IMG/VR virus record: IMGVR_UViG_3300036832_000493
Span: 2,085-66,084 of that record
Origin: a virus
Taxonomy: Duplodnaviria > Caudoviricetes
Reading direction: 5' to 3' (one strand)
Length of the DNA: 64,000 nt
How positions within the stretch are numbered: the first letter of the stretch is position 1; each line of letters starts with the position of its first letter. The position numbers were made by a program, and so were the translations under genes. The notes under the pieces are model-generated. The model saw nothing but the letters and a program-made list of their open reading frames with translations, did no database searches and was not told the DNA's origin. Below are positions 55,873-64,000 of the stretch, in pieces.

Positions 55873-56415
55873 TCATTCGAAGCGTGTCGGCGCAGGGGGC
55901 GCTTGACGCAGTTCCTGATACCCTTCGTCCTCGATCAGCGGCACGCCTGCCCGCGCGGCCTGTTCACGCAGCTGGTCGGCGGCGTTGTTCAGGCGCTCCT
56001 CCTCGCGATTGGGACCGTCGTAGTGGGCCTCCTGCATGAACGCCTGATAGAGGCGCTCCGGCAGCTTGAAGGCCACCATCTCGTTGACCCCGATCATGCC
56101 GACGTACTCGCCGGTCTTGATCGTGGACAATTCCAGCCCCGGCACCTCGTCGGGACGCACGGGCTCGTAACCGAGTTGCATGCGCCGCGTGATGGTGTCT
56201 CGCGGGTTCGTCGTGGTCAGCCAGCACACATGATATCCGGGGATGGCCGGGAGATCGTGCAATGCGTTGTTGAACATCTGGTTGCGGAACATATCGAGCC
56301 GATCTTCGTCGGTCACGTCGCGGTCCTCGGTTGCTGGCCGATCTTCCGCTGCGCGCGACGCGCGGGCTACACCCAGTTCCTTCTTGAAGCGTCCGTCCTC
56401 GTTCCTGTCCGTCAT
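55873..56415 (-). CDS. head-module hypothetical protein
   Basis: AAGGAG RBS before MTDRNEDG; PAIPGYHVCW...GYEPV. Confidence 0.75.
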   Translation of the reverse strand: MTDRNEDGRFKKELGVARASRAAEDRPATEDRDVTDEDRLDMFRNQMFNNALHDLPAIPGYHVCWLTTTNPRDTITRRMQLGYEPVRPDEVPGLELSTIKTGEYVGMIGVNEMVAFKLPERLYQAFMQEAHYDGPNREEERLNNAADQLREQAARAGVPLIEDEGYQELRQAPPAPTRFE

Positions 56416-56428
56416 GGGAGGGCTCCTT

Positions 56429-57397
56429 TCAGCGCTCCGGTGCCTGACGGTCATAGTCTGCGTACGCCTTCAGCATCCGGTTTCTCTTCTTGGGATCATC
56501 CCAGACGCCAGCCTCGATCATAGCGGCCTTGCGCTCGGGTGTCACATAAATTTCACGGCGCGTGCTGGCGGGGGCGTGCTCGCGCCTGCCGCCCTGCGGC
56601 GGCGCCTGCCGCAGCGGCGGATCGTCGTTGTCGCCGCTGCCGTTGGTCGCCGCCGGGTTGAAATGCACGCTCGCTCTGCGTGTCAGTTCCTGCCAGTAGC
56701 CGCGCGAGGCCGGGTCGTGGCCCTGCTGCTGCATCTGTGCGTCGATGGCGCGGATCGCCGCACTGTCGGGGTCGGTGCCGCTGTTGTCGAACCACGGGTT
56801 GGCCGAGAGCCATTCGGCGCGGTGCTGGTCGACGACGGGATTGGGCGCGGCCTGCTGGGCCTGTGCTTTCTGCGCCTGCATCTGGTCGTACTGGGTGCGC
56901 AGGCCGTTGGCCCGGTTTATCGCCGCGTCACGGATGCGCAAGGCGGCGGTGTGATCCTCGCCGTTCTGCGCTTCCATCGCCTTGGCCATGATCGCCTCGG
57001 CCTGCTGCGCCTCCTGCACGGTCGCGTGGTACTGCTGGACGATCTGCTGTTCGAGCGACTGGACGCTGAAGCCCTCCTGCGCGCTCAGGCGCTGCGACAG
57101 GTGGCCGACCTGCTGGCGCAGCGTCTGCAGTTCGTACTCGGTGGCTTCCCGGGCGCGTCGCTGCCGCTCGCGGCGCTCCTTGCGGCGCTGGGCGTTCTTG
57201 GACGCGGCGATGTCGGCCTCGTGATCGTCGTCCGAGGTCGCGAGGCGGGTGTCCTCGCCATCCTCGTCCTCGTCGTGGTCGTCGTCCTCGCCGGGCGCGG
57301 GGGTCGGCGTCGGCGTGGCCTCGGGCGGCTGCTCAAGGATGACGAAGTCTTCTTCTTCGTCCTGCGGTGTCCCCGTCTTCTCGTCCTTGTCCGCCAT
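56429..57397 (-). CDS. putative capsid scaffolding protein
   Basis: Acidic N-terminus, coiled coil, WLSANPWF motif; upstream of the capsid genes. Confidence 0.75.
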   Translation of the reverse strand: MADKDEKTGTPQDEEEDFVILEQPPEATPTPTPAPGEDDDHDEDEDGEDTRLATSDDDHEADIAASKNAQRRKERRERQRRAREATEYELQTLRQQVGHLSQRLSAQEGFSVQSLEQQIVQQYHATVQEAQQAEAIMAKAMEAQNGEDHTAALRIRDAAINRANGLRTQYDQMQAQKAQAQQAAPNPVVDQHRAEWLSANPWFDNSGTDPDSAAIRAIDAQMQQQGHDPASRGYWQELTRRASVHFNPAATNGSGDNDDPPLRQAPPQGGRREHAPASTRREIYVTPERKAAMIEAGVWDDPKKRNRMLKAYADYDRQAPER

Positions 57398-57407
57398 CTC
57401 CGTTCTC

Positions 57408-57836
57408 CTAGATGTAGGCCTTCACCGTGCGCGGATCGCCCGTGATCTTGCCGACGAGGTCGAGGTCGTTGAACAGGACGAGCAGCGCCTCGTCCTTGCC
57501 GTCCTTGGTCTCGACCGACCAGCGGTCGCCGCCATACTTGGGCACGCGGACGAACTCGCCGGGCGCGGCCCACGCGCCCTCGGGCCAGACCTCGCGCGTG
57601 GTGCGGTTGCGAAACGCCAGCGCGCCGATGGCCAGCACCTTGGCCACCTGCGTGTTCCAGTGCTCGGTCTCGCGCGTGTCGGACAGCAGATGCACGCCGC
57701 CTTTGGTCACTTTCATCGGTGTCCTGATCTGCACGAGCACCCGGGAGCCGAGGGGCTCCAGCTGCGGATCACAGGGCGGGAAGGCCGCGTCGAGGTCGGG
57801 GTAGGCGAAGGCGATCTTGTTCGCGAGTTCGTGCAA
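57408..57836 (-). CDS. groES: GroES-like co-chaperonin
   Basis: LEPLGSRVLVQI...TKGGVHL...KVLAIG...GEFVRVPKYGG...FNDLDLVG. Confidence 0.85.
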   Translation of the reverse strand: MHELANKIAFAYPDLDAAFPPCDPQLEPLGSRVLVQIRTPMKVTKGGVHLLSDTRETEHWNTQVAKVLAIGALAFRNRTTREVWPEGAWAAPGEFVRVPKYGGDRWSVETKDGKDEALLVLFNDLDLVGKITGDPRTVKAYI

Positions 57837-57845
57837 GGGGGCCTC

Positions 57846-58037
57846 CTAGTAGCGGCTGCGGCGCTCGTCGTCCTCGCGCTGCATCTCCTCGAACAGCTGC
57901 GCGGCGCGCGCCAGCCCCGCGTAGAAGCCGACGGCGCGGCCATAGCCGAACAGGTCGTTGCTGGGCTTGGCCATCGCCTCGTGCGCGACGGTGGTGCACT
58001 CCAGCTGCAGCCGGACGGAGAACGGATCGGGCTTCAC
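57846..58037 (-). CDS. hypothetical protein
   Basis: 63 aa; YGRAVGFYAGL pattern, usual upstream of phage GroES. Confidence 0.65.
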   Translation of the reverse strand: MKPDPFSVRLQLECTTVAHEAMAKPSNDLFGYGRAVGFYAGLARAAQLFEEMQREDDERRSRY

Positions 58038-58174
58038 TTGGGGACTTTCTTGCCCGTGCCGCAGCCGGTGTCGACCTTGACGTCGGCGGCGAGCTTCTTG
58101 TGCTGGGGCACGGCGGCGTCCTTCATGCTGACGCTGCCGCTCGGCTTGGCCGACTTCGCGTTGTTATCCGCCAT
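58034..58174 (-). CDS. small basic protein (46 aa)
   Basis: AAGGAG RBS; MADNNAKSAKPSG...KKVPK*. Confidence 0.55.
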   Translation of the reverse strand: MADNNAKSAKPSGSVSMKDAAVPQHKKLAADVKVDTGCGTGKKVPK

Positions 58175-58305
58175 CGGGTGTCTCCTTCGGGGGTGGGGGC
58201 TCGACCGGCTTGCCCTCGCTGTCGACGGCCAAGGGCCGCGACGGCGGCGGGCCGAGGATGCGCCTCAGTTCGGGCGGACAGGGGAAGAGCTTGGGCTTCT
58301 CCATG

Positions 58306-58533
58306 TCAGTCCTGCCACGTCAGCGCTTTGACGCACCACATCTGGGCGCTCTGGCACTCGGTGATGGCAACCGAGCAGAGCCGCGCAAGCTCGCCGACGT
58401 GGCTCTCGCGCAGCCGCTGCATCTGGTCGATGATGTCGGCGAAGGCCTGCTTGCACTCGGCGACGCGATCATCGCCGCTCGGGTTGAAGGTCAGGCCGAC
58501 GGCCTTCTGGCCATAGGTCAGGGGCACGTCCAT
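58306..58533 (-). CDS. Acb2/Tad1-like anti-defence nucleotide-sponge protein
   Basis: FNPSGDDRVAECK...RLCSVAITECQSAQMWCVKALT helical-hairpin signature. Confidence 0.7.
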   Translation of the reverse strand: MDVPLTYGQKAVGLTFNPSGDDRVAECKQAFADIIDQMQRLRESHVGELARLCSVAITECQSAQMWCVKALTWQD

Positions 58534-58808
58534 CAGACAAGCTCCCAGTCTTCGCCGAGCACGTCGCTCTGGCTAGCCAGCCACGGCACGACGTCGCCCT
58601 GCGCGGTCTTCATCGCGACGTAGGGGCGGTAGGGCACGAGGCCGTCCTTCTCGTCCTCGGCGATCTCGCGCCCGGCGGTGGTGGTCGGCGCGTAGCGCCC
58701 CTCGGGGACGAGGTAGATGAACATGCCCTTGCCGTTCCAGCCCGAGCGGGTGAGCCGGTGGCCTGCTTTCAGGCCCTTGATCGCCGATCCGAAGTCCATG
58801 CCGGTCAT
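58533..58808 (-). CDS. tad2: DUF2829 / Tad2-family anti-defence sponge protein
   Basis: MDFGSAIKGLKAGHRLTRSGWNGKGMFIYL...VPWLASQSDVLGEDW. Confidence 0.85.
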   Translation of the reverse strand: MTGMDFGSAIKGLKAGHRLTRSGWNGKGMFIYLVPEGRYAPTTTAGREIAEDEKDGLVPYRPYVAMKTAQGDVVPWLASQSDVLGEDWELV

Positions 58809-58811
58809 GCC

Positions 58812-58979
58812 CTAGCTCCTGTTGTGGCGCGTGTAGATGCGGTTGTAGCTGGTGATGCCCGCGACCCGGTCGTCCCGGACCTCCTCGACAATCCGCCGCA
58901 GCGCCACCGGCAGCTGGTCGAGGTTGACGATCAGCTGCTCCATCGTGTCCGGCGGGAGTTCGGGCGGGGGTTTGGTCAT
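58812..58979 (-). CDS. 55-aa YhhA-like (cyclophane RiPP precursor-like) peptide
   Basis: ...PVALRRIVEEVRDDRVAGITSYNRIYTRHNRS*; GGAG RBS, ATGA coupling; not in the ORF track. Confidence 0.65.
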   Translation of the reverse strand: MTKPPPELPPDTMEQLIVNLDQLPVALRRIVEEVRDDRVAGITSYNRIYTRHNRS

Positions 58980-59140
58980 AGGGTCACTCCGAGGTCACCG
59001 AGGTGCCGCAGCACATAGATCACCGCCGCGACGATGACCACGACGGTGATCACGGTCTTCATCGTCTGGTCAATGGGCAGCAGCCGCATCAGATAGAGCG
59101 CCGCACCGACGATGATGAGCATGATGATGAGGCCGATCAT
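58976..59140 (-). CDS. small two-TM membrane protein (54 aa)
   Basis: MIGLIIMLIIVGAALYLMRLLPIDQTMKTVITVVVIVAAVIYVLR; coupled to the portal stop. Confidence 0.7.
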   Translation of the reverse strand: MIGLIIMLIIVGAALYLMRLLPIDQTMKTVITVVVIVAAVIYVLRHLGDLGVTL

Positions 59141-61851
59141 TCAGACGGTCCTTTCCTTGTCGCGGCGGGCTTTCTGGGTGCGGCCTTGCGCCCCGGGTTG
59201 ATGCCGGTGCCGGTCGAGAGCGCGACGCGCTCGCCGCTCTCCATCTCCATCTGGGCGATGCCGACGGCGGTCTGGTTGTCGGCCTCGTTCATCGTCAGCT
59301 TGGCGTCGGTCTCGGTCTGCGTCCGGCGCTCCTCGCTCTGGCGGTTGGCCGCGTCGCTGGCGGCGGCGACGCCGGTAGCCTGCGTCTGCTGCTCGACCTT
59401 GGCCTGATCGGCCTCGGCCTGCTGCTCGGTCTTGGCCTGCTGCTGGGCGGCGGTCTGCGCGTCCTTCTGCGCCTGCGCCTGCTGCTTGAGCGCATCGGCC
59501 TGCGCCGCCTGCTGGAGCTTGGCCTGCTCGGTGCTGGCCTTCATCTGGTCGCTCTGGCCCTGCTGCTGGGCCTTCTGGCCCTCGATCTGGACCATCGCCT
59601 GCGTCGCCTGCGACTGGGCCGCTGCCGGGTCCATCGGCGGCGGCGGGGTCAGCTGCTGGGCCTGCTGCTGGGCCTGCTGGAGCAGCGGGATCAGCGGCCC
59701 GAACAGCTGCTGGGCTTCCTCGCCAACCACGGTCGCGGCCTGCGTCAGCAGGTTGTCGAGCGCCTTGAAGTCCTCGTCGCCCTCGTGCTGCTTGATCGCC
59801 TTGTCGATGTCGAGCCCCGTGTAGTGCTCGGCGAGGTCGGTCGTCGTCGCCATGTACCAGAGCACCATGTGCTCCTTCATGTGCTGGACGAACGGCGGGA
59901 CGAAGGCCTGCGCGAACATCGGGTTCTGCCCGAAGGCGGGGTTCTGGTAGAAGCCGATGTGCGCCTGCATGTGGGCCTTGTGGTTCTGCGCGGGGAAGGC
60001 GACGACGGGGCGCCCCAGCGACATCGCGACGTTCTCGGCAATCGGGTTCTGCGCTTCCGGCTCAGGATCAGGGATCAGTAGCTCATCGACATTGGGCACT
60101 TTCAGCGTGGTCAGGAAGCGCTCCTCGACCTTGCGCAGGTTGTAGACCTGCGGCATCAGCTGCGAGCGCTGGGTGACGGCCTGCGCCTGCGAGTAGCGCT
60201 GGGCCTCGCTGTAGATGTTGGGGTCCGACACCGGCACGACGTCCTGCGGCCCGGTGAAGTCCTTGCGCTTGGCCATGTCCTTGCCGACCTCGCGCTCGAT
60301 GTCGGCATCTTTCAGGTACATGGCGTTGAAGCGGTGCAGTATCTGGAGCAGGCGGCCCATCGCGTTGTGGGTGCGCAGGTGGATGCTGGAGTAGACCGCC
60401 ATGCCCTGCTCCATGCGGGCCAGCGTCGTGCCGACGGGCACGTTGGGGTTGCTGTCGGCGTCGTCCTCCAGTGTCGTCCGCACGACGTTCTTGCCCGCAT
60501 CGACGAGGAAGCCGAGCAGCGAGAACAGCACGGGGCTCGGCTGGTTGTACGGCATCGGCATGAACAGCTTGCGGATGTCGTCGGTCTGCATGCCGCCGTC
60601 GATCTCGACGATCTCGCCGACGTCGGGCGAGCGCGTCTGCCCGCCGATCATCGCGCCCTTGAGCTTCAGCCCGGTCGCGGCGTTCTGGATGTGGGCGCTG
60701 TCGAGCAGGGCCCGCAGCGCGCCGGTCGCAGCCCCGGAGAGCCCACCGATGATGTGCGGCAGACCGATGGGGTAGGCGCCGCGCCACGGCAGGAAGGGGA
60801 ACTCGACGACCCAGTCGAGGACTTCGTGGCTGTCGTCCTGCTCGTCCCAGTTGCGGTAGATCGAGAGCACGTCGTGGGTGCTCTTGTCGGTCGTGACGAT
60901 GTAGGGCATCGGCTCTTCGTCATCGCCGTCGCCGTCCTTGTCGCGGCCCTTGCCGCCGTCCTTGTCCTGCAGGCGCAGGCAGGTGTAGGTCTCGAAGACC
61001 GTGCGCAGGCCGTCTTCATTGTATGCAGTTGCCTCGCGGCCCTCGATCTTGTCGCTGGCCTTGCCCGAGGCCGTGGGCTCGGGCTCGACCGACGTCGGCG
61101 TGATGTCGACGTCGCGGTACATCTTGGTGCGGACGCGCTCCTCGTACTCGTTGGTGGTCAGGTACTGGACGTGGGTCTGGCGCTCGGCGCTGTAGAAGTT
61201 GGTCGCGGCGAACGGGATCAGCATGTCGTCGACGAAGACCGCGAGGCCGGTGGGCCGGTTGCGCTTGCGGTCCCAACCCATCTTCAGGTACTGGCCGCCG
61301 CCCAGCGGCACCTGCGTCAGCATCTGCTCAAGCTCGGCGCGGAACTCCTTGGCCTGCTTAGTCAGCTGCCAGTTCATCAGCTTGGCCTTGCGGTCGGCGC
61401 GCTCGACCTTCTGGGCGGTCTCCTCGCCCTCGATGTGCGTCTTGACCGGTCCGTCGGGCGGCCAGATTTCCTTGATGATCCGCGACGAGAAGTCGATACA
61501 GGCCTCGACGAGCATCGGGTGCACGACCTTCGACGCCCCTTCGAACCTCGCGCCACCCGGTGCCTCGTCGCCGAGCCCCGTGCGCTTGATGCCCTCGGCG
61601 TAGAGTTCATCACGCTTGCTGCGCGCGCTCTTGTCGCGGTCGATGCTCTCGATCAGATCGGTGGCGATCTTCTTGAGTTCCCACGTCGGCATGCCCTCGG
61701 CGAGGTTGGCGTAGAAGTCGCTCTCGCCCGGTAGCTCGTCGTCGCCCAGCTTGACGATGGCTCCGCCGTCCTCGGTGTCCTCGACGTCGGGCTCGACGTC
61801 CTCGTAGTCGACAAGCTCGCTTTCGTCGGGAGTGGTGTCGGGCACGGTCAC
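59137..61851 (-). CDS. portal protein (P22-like, long Gln/Ala-rich C-terminus)
   Basis: 904 aa downstream of TerL; GASKVVHPML, FLPWRGAYPIGLPH, PVGTTLARME. Confidence 0.9.
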   Translation of the reverse strand: MTVPDTTPDESELVDYEDVEPDVEDTEDGGAIVKLGDDELPGESDFYANLAEGMPTWELKKIATDLIESIDRDKSARSKRDELYAEGIKRTGLGDEAPGGARFEGASKVVHPMLVEACIDFSSRIIKEIWPPDGPVKTHIEGEETAQKVERADRKAKLMNWQLTKQAKEFRAELEQMLTQVPLGGGQYLKMGWDRKRNRPTGLAVFVDDMLIPFAATNFYSAERQTHVQYLTTNEYEERVRTKMYRDVDITPTSVEPEPTASGKASDKIEGREATAYNEDGLRTVFETYTCLRLQDKDGGKGRDKDGDGDDEEPMPYIVTTDKSTHDVLSIYRNWDEQDDSHEVLDWVVEFPFLPWRGAYPIGLPHIIGGLSGAATGALRALLDSAHIQNAATGLKLKGAMIGGQTRSPDVGEIVEIDGGMQTDDIRKLFMPMPYNQPSPVLFSLLGFLVDAGKNVVRTTLEDDADSNPNVPVGTTLARMEQGMAVYSSIHLRTHNAMGRLLQILHRFNAMYLKDADIEREVGKDMAKRKDFTGPQDVVPVSDPNIYSEAQRYSQAQAVTQRSQLMPQVYNLRKVEERFLTTLKVPNVDELLIPDPEPEAQNPIAENVAMSLGRPVVAFPAQNHKAHMQAHIGFYQNPAFGQNPMFAQAFVPPFVQHMKEHMVLWYMATTTDLAEHYTGLDIDKAIKQHEGDEDFKALDNLLTQAATVVGEEAQQLFGPLIPLLQQAQQQAQQLTPPPPMDPAAAQSQATQAMVQIEGQKAQQQGQSDQMKASTEQAKLQQAAQADALKQQAQAQKDAQTAAQQQAKTEQQAEADQAKVEQQTQATGVAAASDAANRQSEERRTQTETDAKLTMNEADNQTAVGIAQMEMESGERVALSTGTGINPGRKAAPRKPAATRKGPSE

Positions 61852-61877
61852 CTCTCAGGCTGCGTAGGGGTTCGTCA

Positions 61878-62099
61878 TCACCTAGTCCACAGTTCAGGGG
61901 GGTCGAGATAAATGCGCCGATGATCGAACATCACGTAGAACCGGCGGGGTTCGCGCATGGTGGCGTGAACGGGCGTGCCGACCGGGATCGGGTCACCCGT
62001 CTTCCAGTCCTCGGGCAAGCGGCGTGAACGCCCTGCCTCGTCCGCCTCGGCGCAGCCGAGGCACCAGTCGAACATGGGGTCGTTTCGGTTAGGCAGCAT
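61878..62099 (-). CDS. small hypothetical gene inserted between TerL and portal
   Basis: 73 aa; flanked by a duplicated TerL C-terminal NPYAA* sequence. Confidence 0.55.
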   Translation of the reverse strand: MLPNRNDPMFDWCLGCAEADEAGRSRRLPEDWKTGDPIPVGTPVHATMREPRRFYVMFDHRRIYLDPPELWTR

Positions 62100-63576
62100 A
62101 GGGGTTCACCACCTTCTGGCGCGGCAGCGGCTCCTCGTCCTCGGGCTTGGGCTTGCGAGGCTTTACCACCGAGACGAAACCCTTGTCGAGCAGCACGCGC
62201 AGGCACTGCGTCGTGCTGTCGACGTAGTCGTCGTGCTTGAGGCTGCCCTCGCCCGCATAGGACGTCAGCTGCTGGATCAGCGGCTCGGCCCACGACTTCG
62301 GCTTGCCCGGCAGCTTCTCGCTCTCGGGTATCCAGATCGCGCGGCGCGCGAACATCGGGCTGACGAGGTGCAGGCGCGACAGCTTGTCCATGCGCCCCGG
62401 GTTGTAGGCGTGCGCCTCGATCTTGTGCCGCACGAGGCTCTGCCGCAGGCTGATGCCGCTGCCCTTGTCCTCGATGATCAGCAGATCGGGCTTGCGCCCG
62501 CTGGTGATCGGCTTGGCGCTGCCGACGATGGGCCGGATGATCGCCGTGTCCTCGTCCTCGCCGTAGCGCGTGTTCATCTCGCGCTTGACGCGCAGGATCA
62601 GGTCCGGGAGCCCGAGGCGCTCCTCCCAGCAGTCGAGCAGCAGCAGGTGATGCTCGACCTCGTCCTTGTCGGCCATGCGCCGGATCGCCTTGAACGAGGC
62701 CCAGACCGTGCAGGCCGTGTAGTCGGGGTCGTGGGTCTTGCTGTCCATCGTCGCCTCGGTGAAGGCCGTGTCGAGGCTCATGATGATCATGTCGAACTGG
62801 GGCAGCCGCTTGGCGGCGGGCCACAGCCTGATCCAGCTGCGGCGGATGACGCCCTGCTCCTCGGGATCGATCAGTTCGCCGAGCAGTTCCTGCCGCCCGA
62901 TGGTCGTGCCCTCGTACTGGACGACCTTGTCGTAGAAGGTCTTCGAGAGGTTGGCGCGATTGTCATAGGTTGTGCCCTTGACGATCAGGCGACCGGGCTC
63001 CGGTGTGGTCAGCCGCCGGATGATGTCGCGCGGCTTGGGCGTCGTCGTCCACAGCACCTGCGTCATGGTGCCGAGGCGCAGGCCCATCTGCATCATGTCC
63101 CATGCTTCCTCGGCGTACTGCCATGCGGCAAGCTCGTCGCCCCAGCAGCGCGTGCACTCGGGGCCGCGCAGGCGCTCGGGCTGGTCGGCGCTGAAGCCCC
63201 GGATCAGCGTGCTGCCCCCGGCGATGTTGCGCATTGTTATAGTGTGGTCGGTGGTGTTGGTGTCGAGGATCAGGTCGGGCGGGATGACGCTCAGGAGCCC
63301 GCTGCGGCCCCGGAAGCAGGTGAACTTGATGTCGTTGAGGGTCGGCGCGATGACGTGCGCCGCGAGCCCCGACGGGTCTTCAAAGGTCGCCCGGCCCAGC
63401 CACTCGGCCCCGGTGCGCGTCTTGCCGAAGCCGCGCCCGGCCATGACCCCGCACTCGCTCCAGTCGTCCTCGGGCGGTATCTGCGCGGGCCGCGCCGTGT
63501 TGATCCAGCGTTCCTGCCAGTTGACGTAGGCCTGCAGCTGCGGCGTCAGGCGCGCCACGGTCGCCGCGAAGTCCAT
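62089..63576 (-). CDS. terL: terminase large subunit
   Basis: AGRGFGKT Walker A, LRGP...WGDE Walker B, TTTP, SLDTA nuclease, IEDKGSG, HDDYVDS. Confidence 0.95.
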   Translation of the reverse strand: MDFAATVARLTPQLQAYVNWQERWINTARPAQIPPEDDWSECGVMAGRGFGKTRTGAEWLGRATFEDPSGLAAHVIAPTLNDIKFTCFRGRSGLLSVIPPDLILDTNTTDHTITMRNIAGGSTLIRGFSADQPERLRGPECTRCWGDELAAWQYAEEAWDMMQMGLRLGTMTQVLWTTTPKPRDIIRRLTTPEPGRLIVKGTTYDNRANLSKTFYDKVVQYEGTTIGRQELLGELIDPEEQGVIRRSWIRLWPAAKRLPQFDMIIMSLDTAFTEATMDSKTHDPDYTACTVWASFKAIRRMADKDEVEHHLLLLDCWEERLGLPDLILRVKREMNTRYGEDEDTAIIRPIVGSAKPITSGRKPDLLIIEDKGSGISLRQSLVRHKIEAHAYNPGRMDKLSRLHLVSPMFARRAIWIPESEKLPGKPKSWAEPLIQQLTSYAGEGSLKHDDYVDSTTQCLRVLLDKGFVSVVKPRKPKPEDEEPLPRQKVVNPYAA

Positions 63577-64000
63577 CAGACGAGGTCGCTGCCGTCGGGC
63601 TCCTGCGCTTCGAGCAGGATCGGCTCCTCGCCTCTGCCCTTGGCCCGCAGCGCGATGGCAAGGCGCACAGCCAGATCGGCGGTGCCCTCGATCTCCAGCG
63701 GCTGGCCCGGGATGCCGCCGACTTCGAGCTTGGGATTGAAGCGCGAGTTGTAGAACGGCGCATAGCGCATGCGCATCTCGGCGCGGTTCTTGGCCCATGC
63801 CACCGAGGCCATGTCGTACTTGCTGCCGGGCACTGTGTAGTTGCCCTCGCTGTCGCGCACGAGCACGCGCTGCGGCTCGGCGTCAACGATGTCGACGGCC
63901 TGCTGCACGATCACCTCCGAAGCGATGAACTGCGCTTGAATGTACGCGGCGTCCATTGCTTTGTCGGCCCTCCGCCACTGCCCGAAGACCTCGGGCGACG
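63576..64000 (-). CDS. terS: terminase small subunit (5' end outside window)
   Basis: Frame open to the window edge and coupled to the TerL start; IVDAEP...VAWAKNRAEMRMR (Sf6 gp1-like pattern). Confidence 0.75.
   Translation of the reverse strand, partial: SPEVFGQWRRADKAMDAAYIQAQFIASEVIVQQAVDIVDAEPQRVLVRDSEGNYTVPGSKYDMASVAWAKNRAEMRMRYAPFYNSRFNPKLEVGGIPGQPLEIEGTADLAVRLAIALRAKGRGEEPILLEAQEPDGSDLV

Noticed and set aside
16230-63753. Long antisense ORFs (e.g. 16230-17726, 18483-20156, 21242-22654, 33336-35018, 47780-49747, 52550-54508, 61975-63753)
   Set aside because: They are shadow frames of high-GC genes that have clear motifs on the opposite strand.

Overview
This window is most of the genome of a GC-rich tailed dsDNA phage, probably podovirus-like: I see portal, capsid, nozzle, ejection proteins and fibres, but no tail tube, sheath or tape measure. 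A GapR homologue and a PEPxxW-CTERM gene point to an alphaproteobacterial (Sphingomonas/Caulobacter-like) host. The + strand (1-28.4 kb) carries small early genes behind a nine-copy promoter/operator motif (TTGAC-N6-AAGC-N4-GCTT), then an APSE-like replication block (Cro-like HTH, primase-helicase, DUF2800 nuclease, DUF2815 SSB, GapR, family A polymerase, VRR-NUC, SNF2 helicase). The - strand (64.0-28.4 kb) carries packaging and virion genes. The standout locus is 5.0-6.8 kb: a stand-alone RAMP/Cas7-like gene and a coupled partner gene, followed by a non-coding array of six tracts of GGY-NN pentamers (102 in total) separated by a conserved 23-25 nt GGAA...TTCC linker. It looks like a CRISPR-independent, programmable RNA-guided system. 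Other highlights are an anti-defence cluster (Tad2, an Acb2/Tad1-like gene, an orphan YhhA-like peptide), a 46-aa ORF made of a DNA Pol I motif, an RBS-sequestering polymerase leader complementary to early-transcript 5' ends, and virion proteins sharing an AKGG motif. All family assignments come from motif recognition by eye; no database searches were run.
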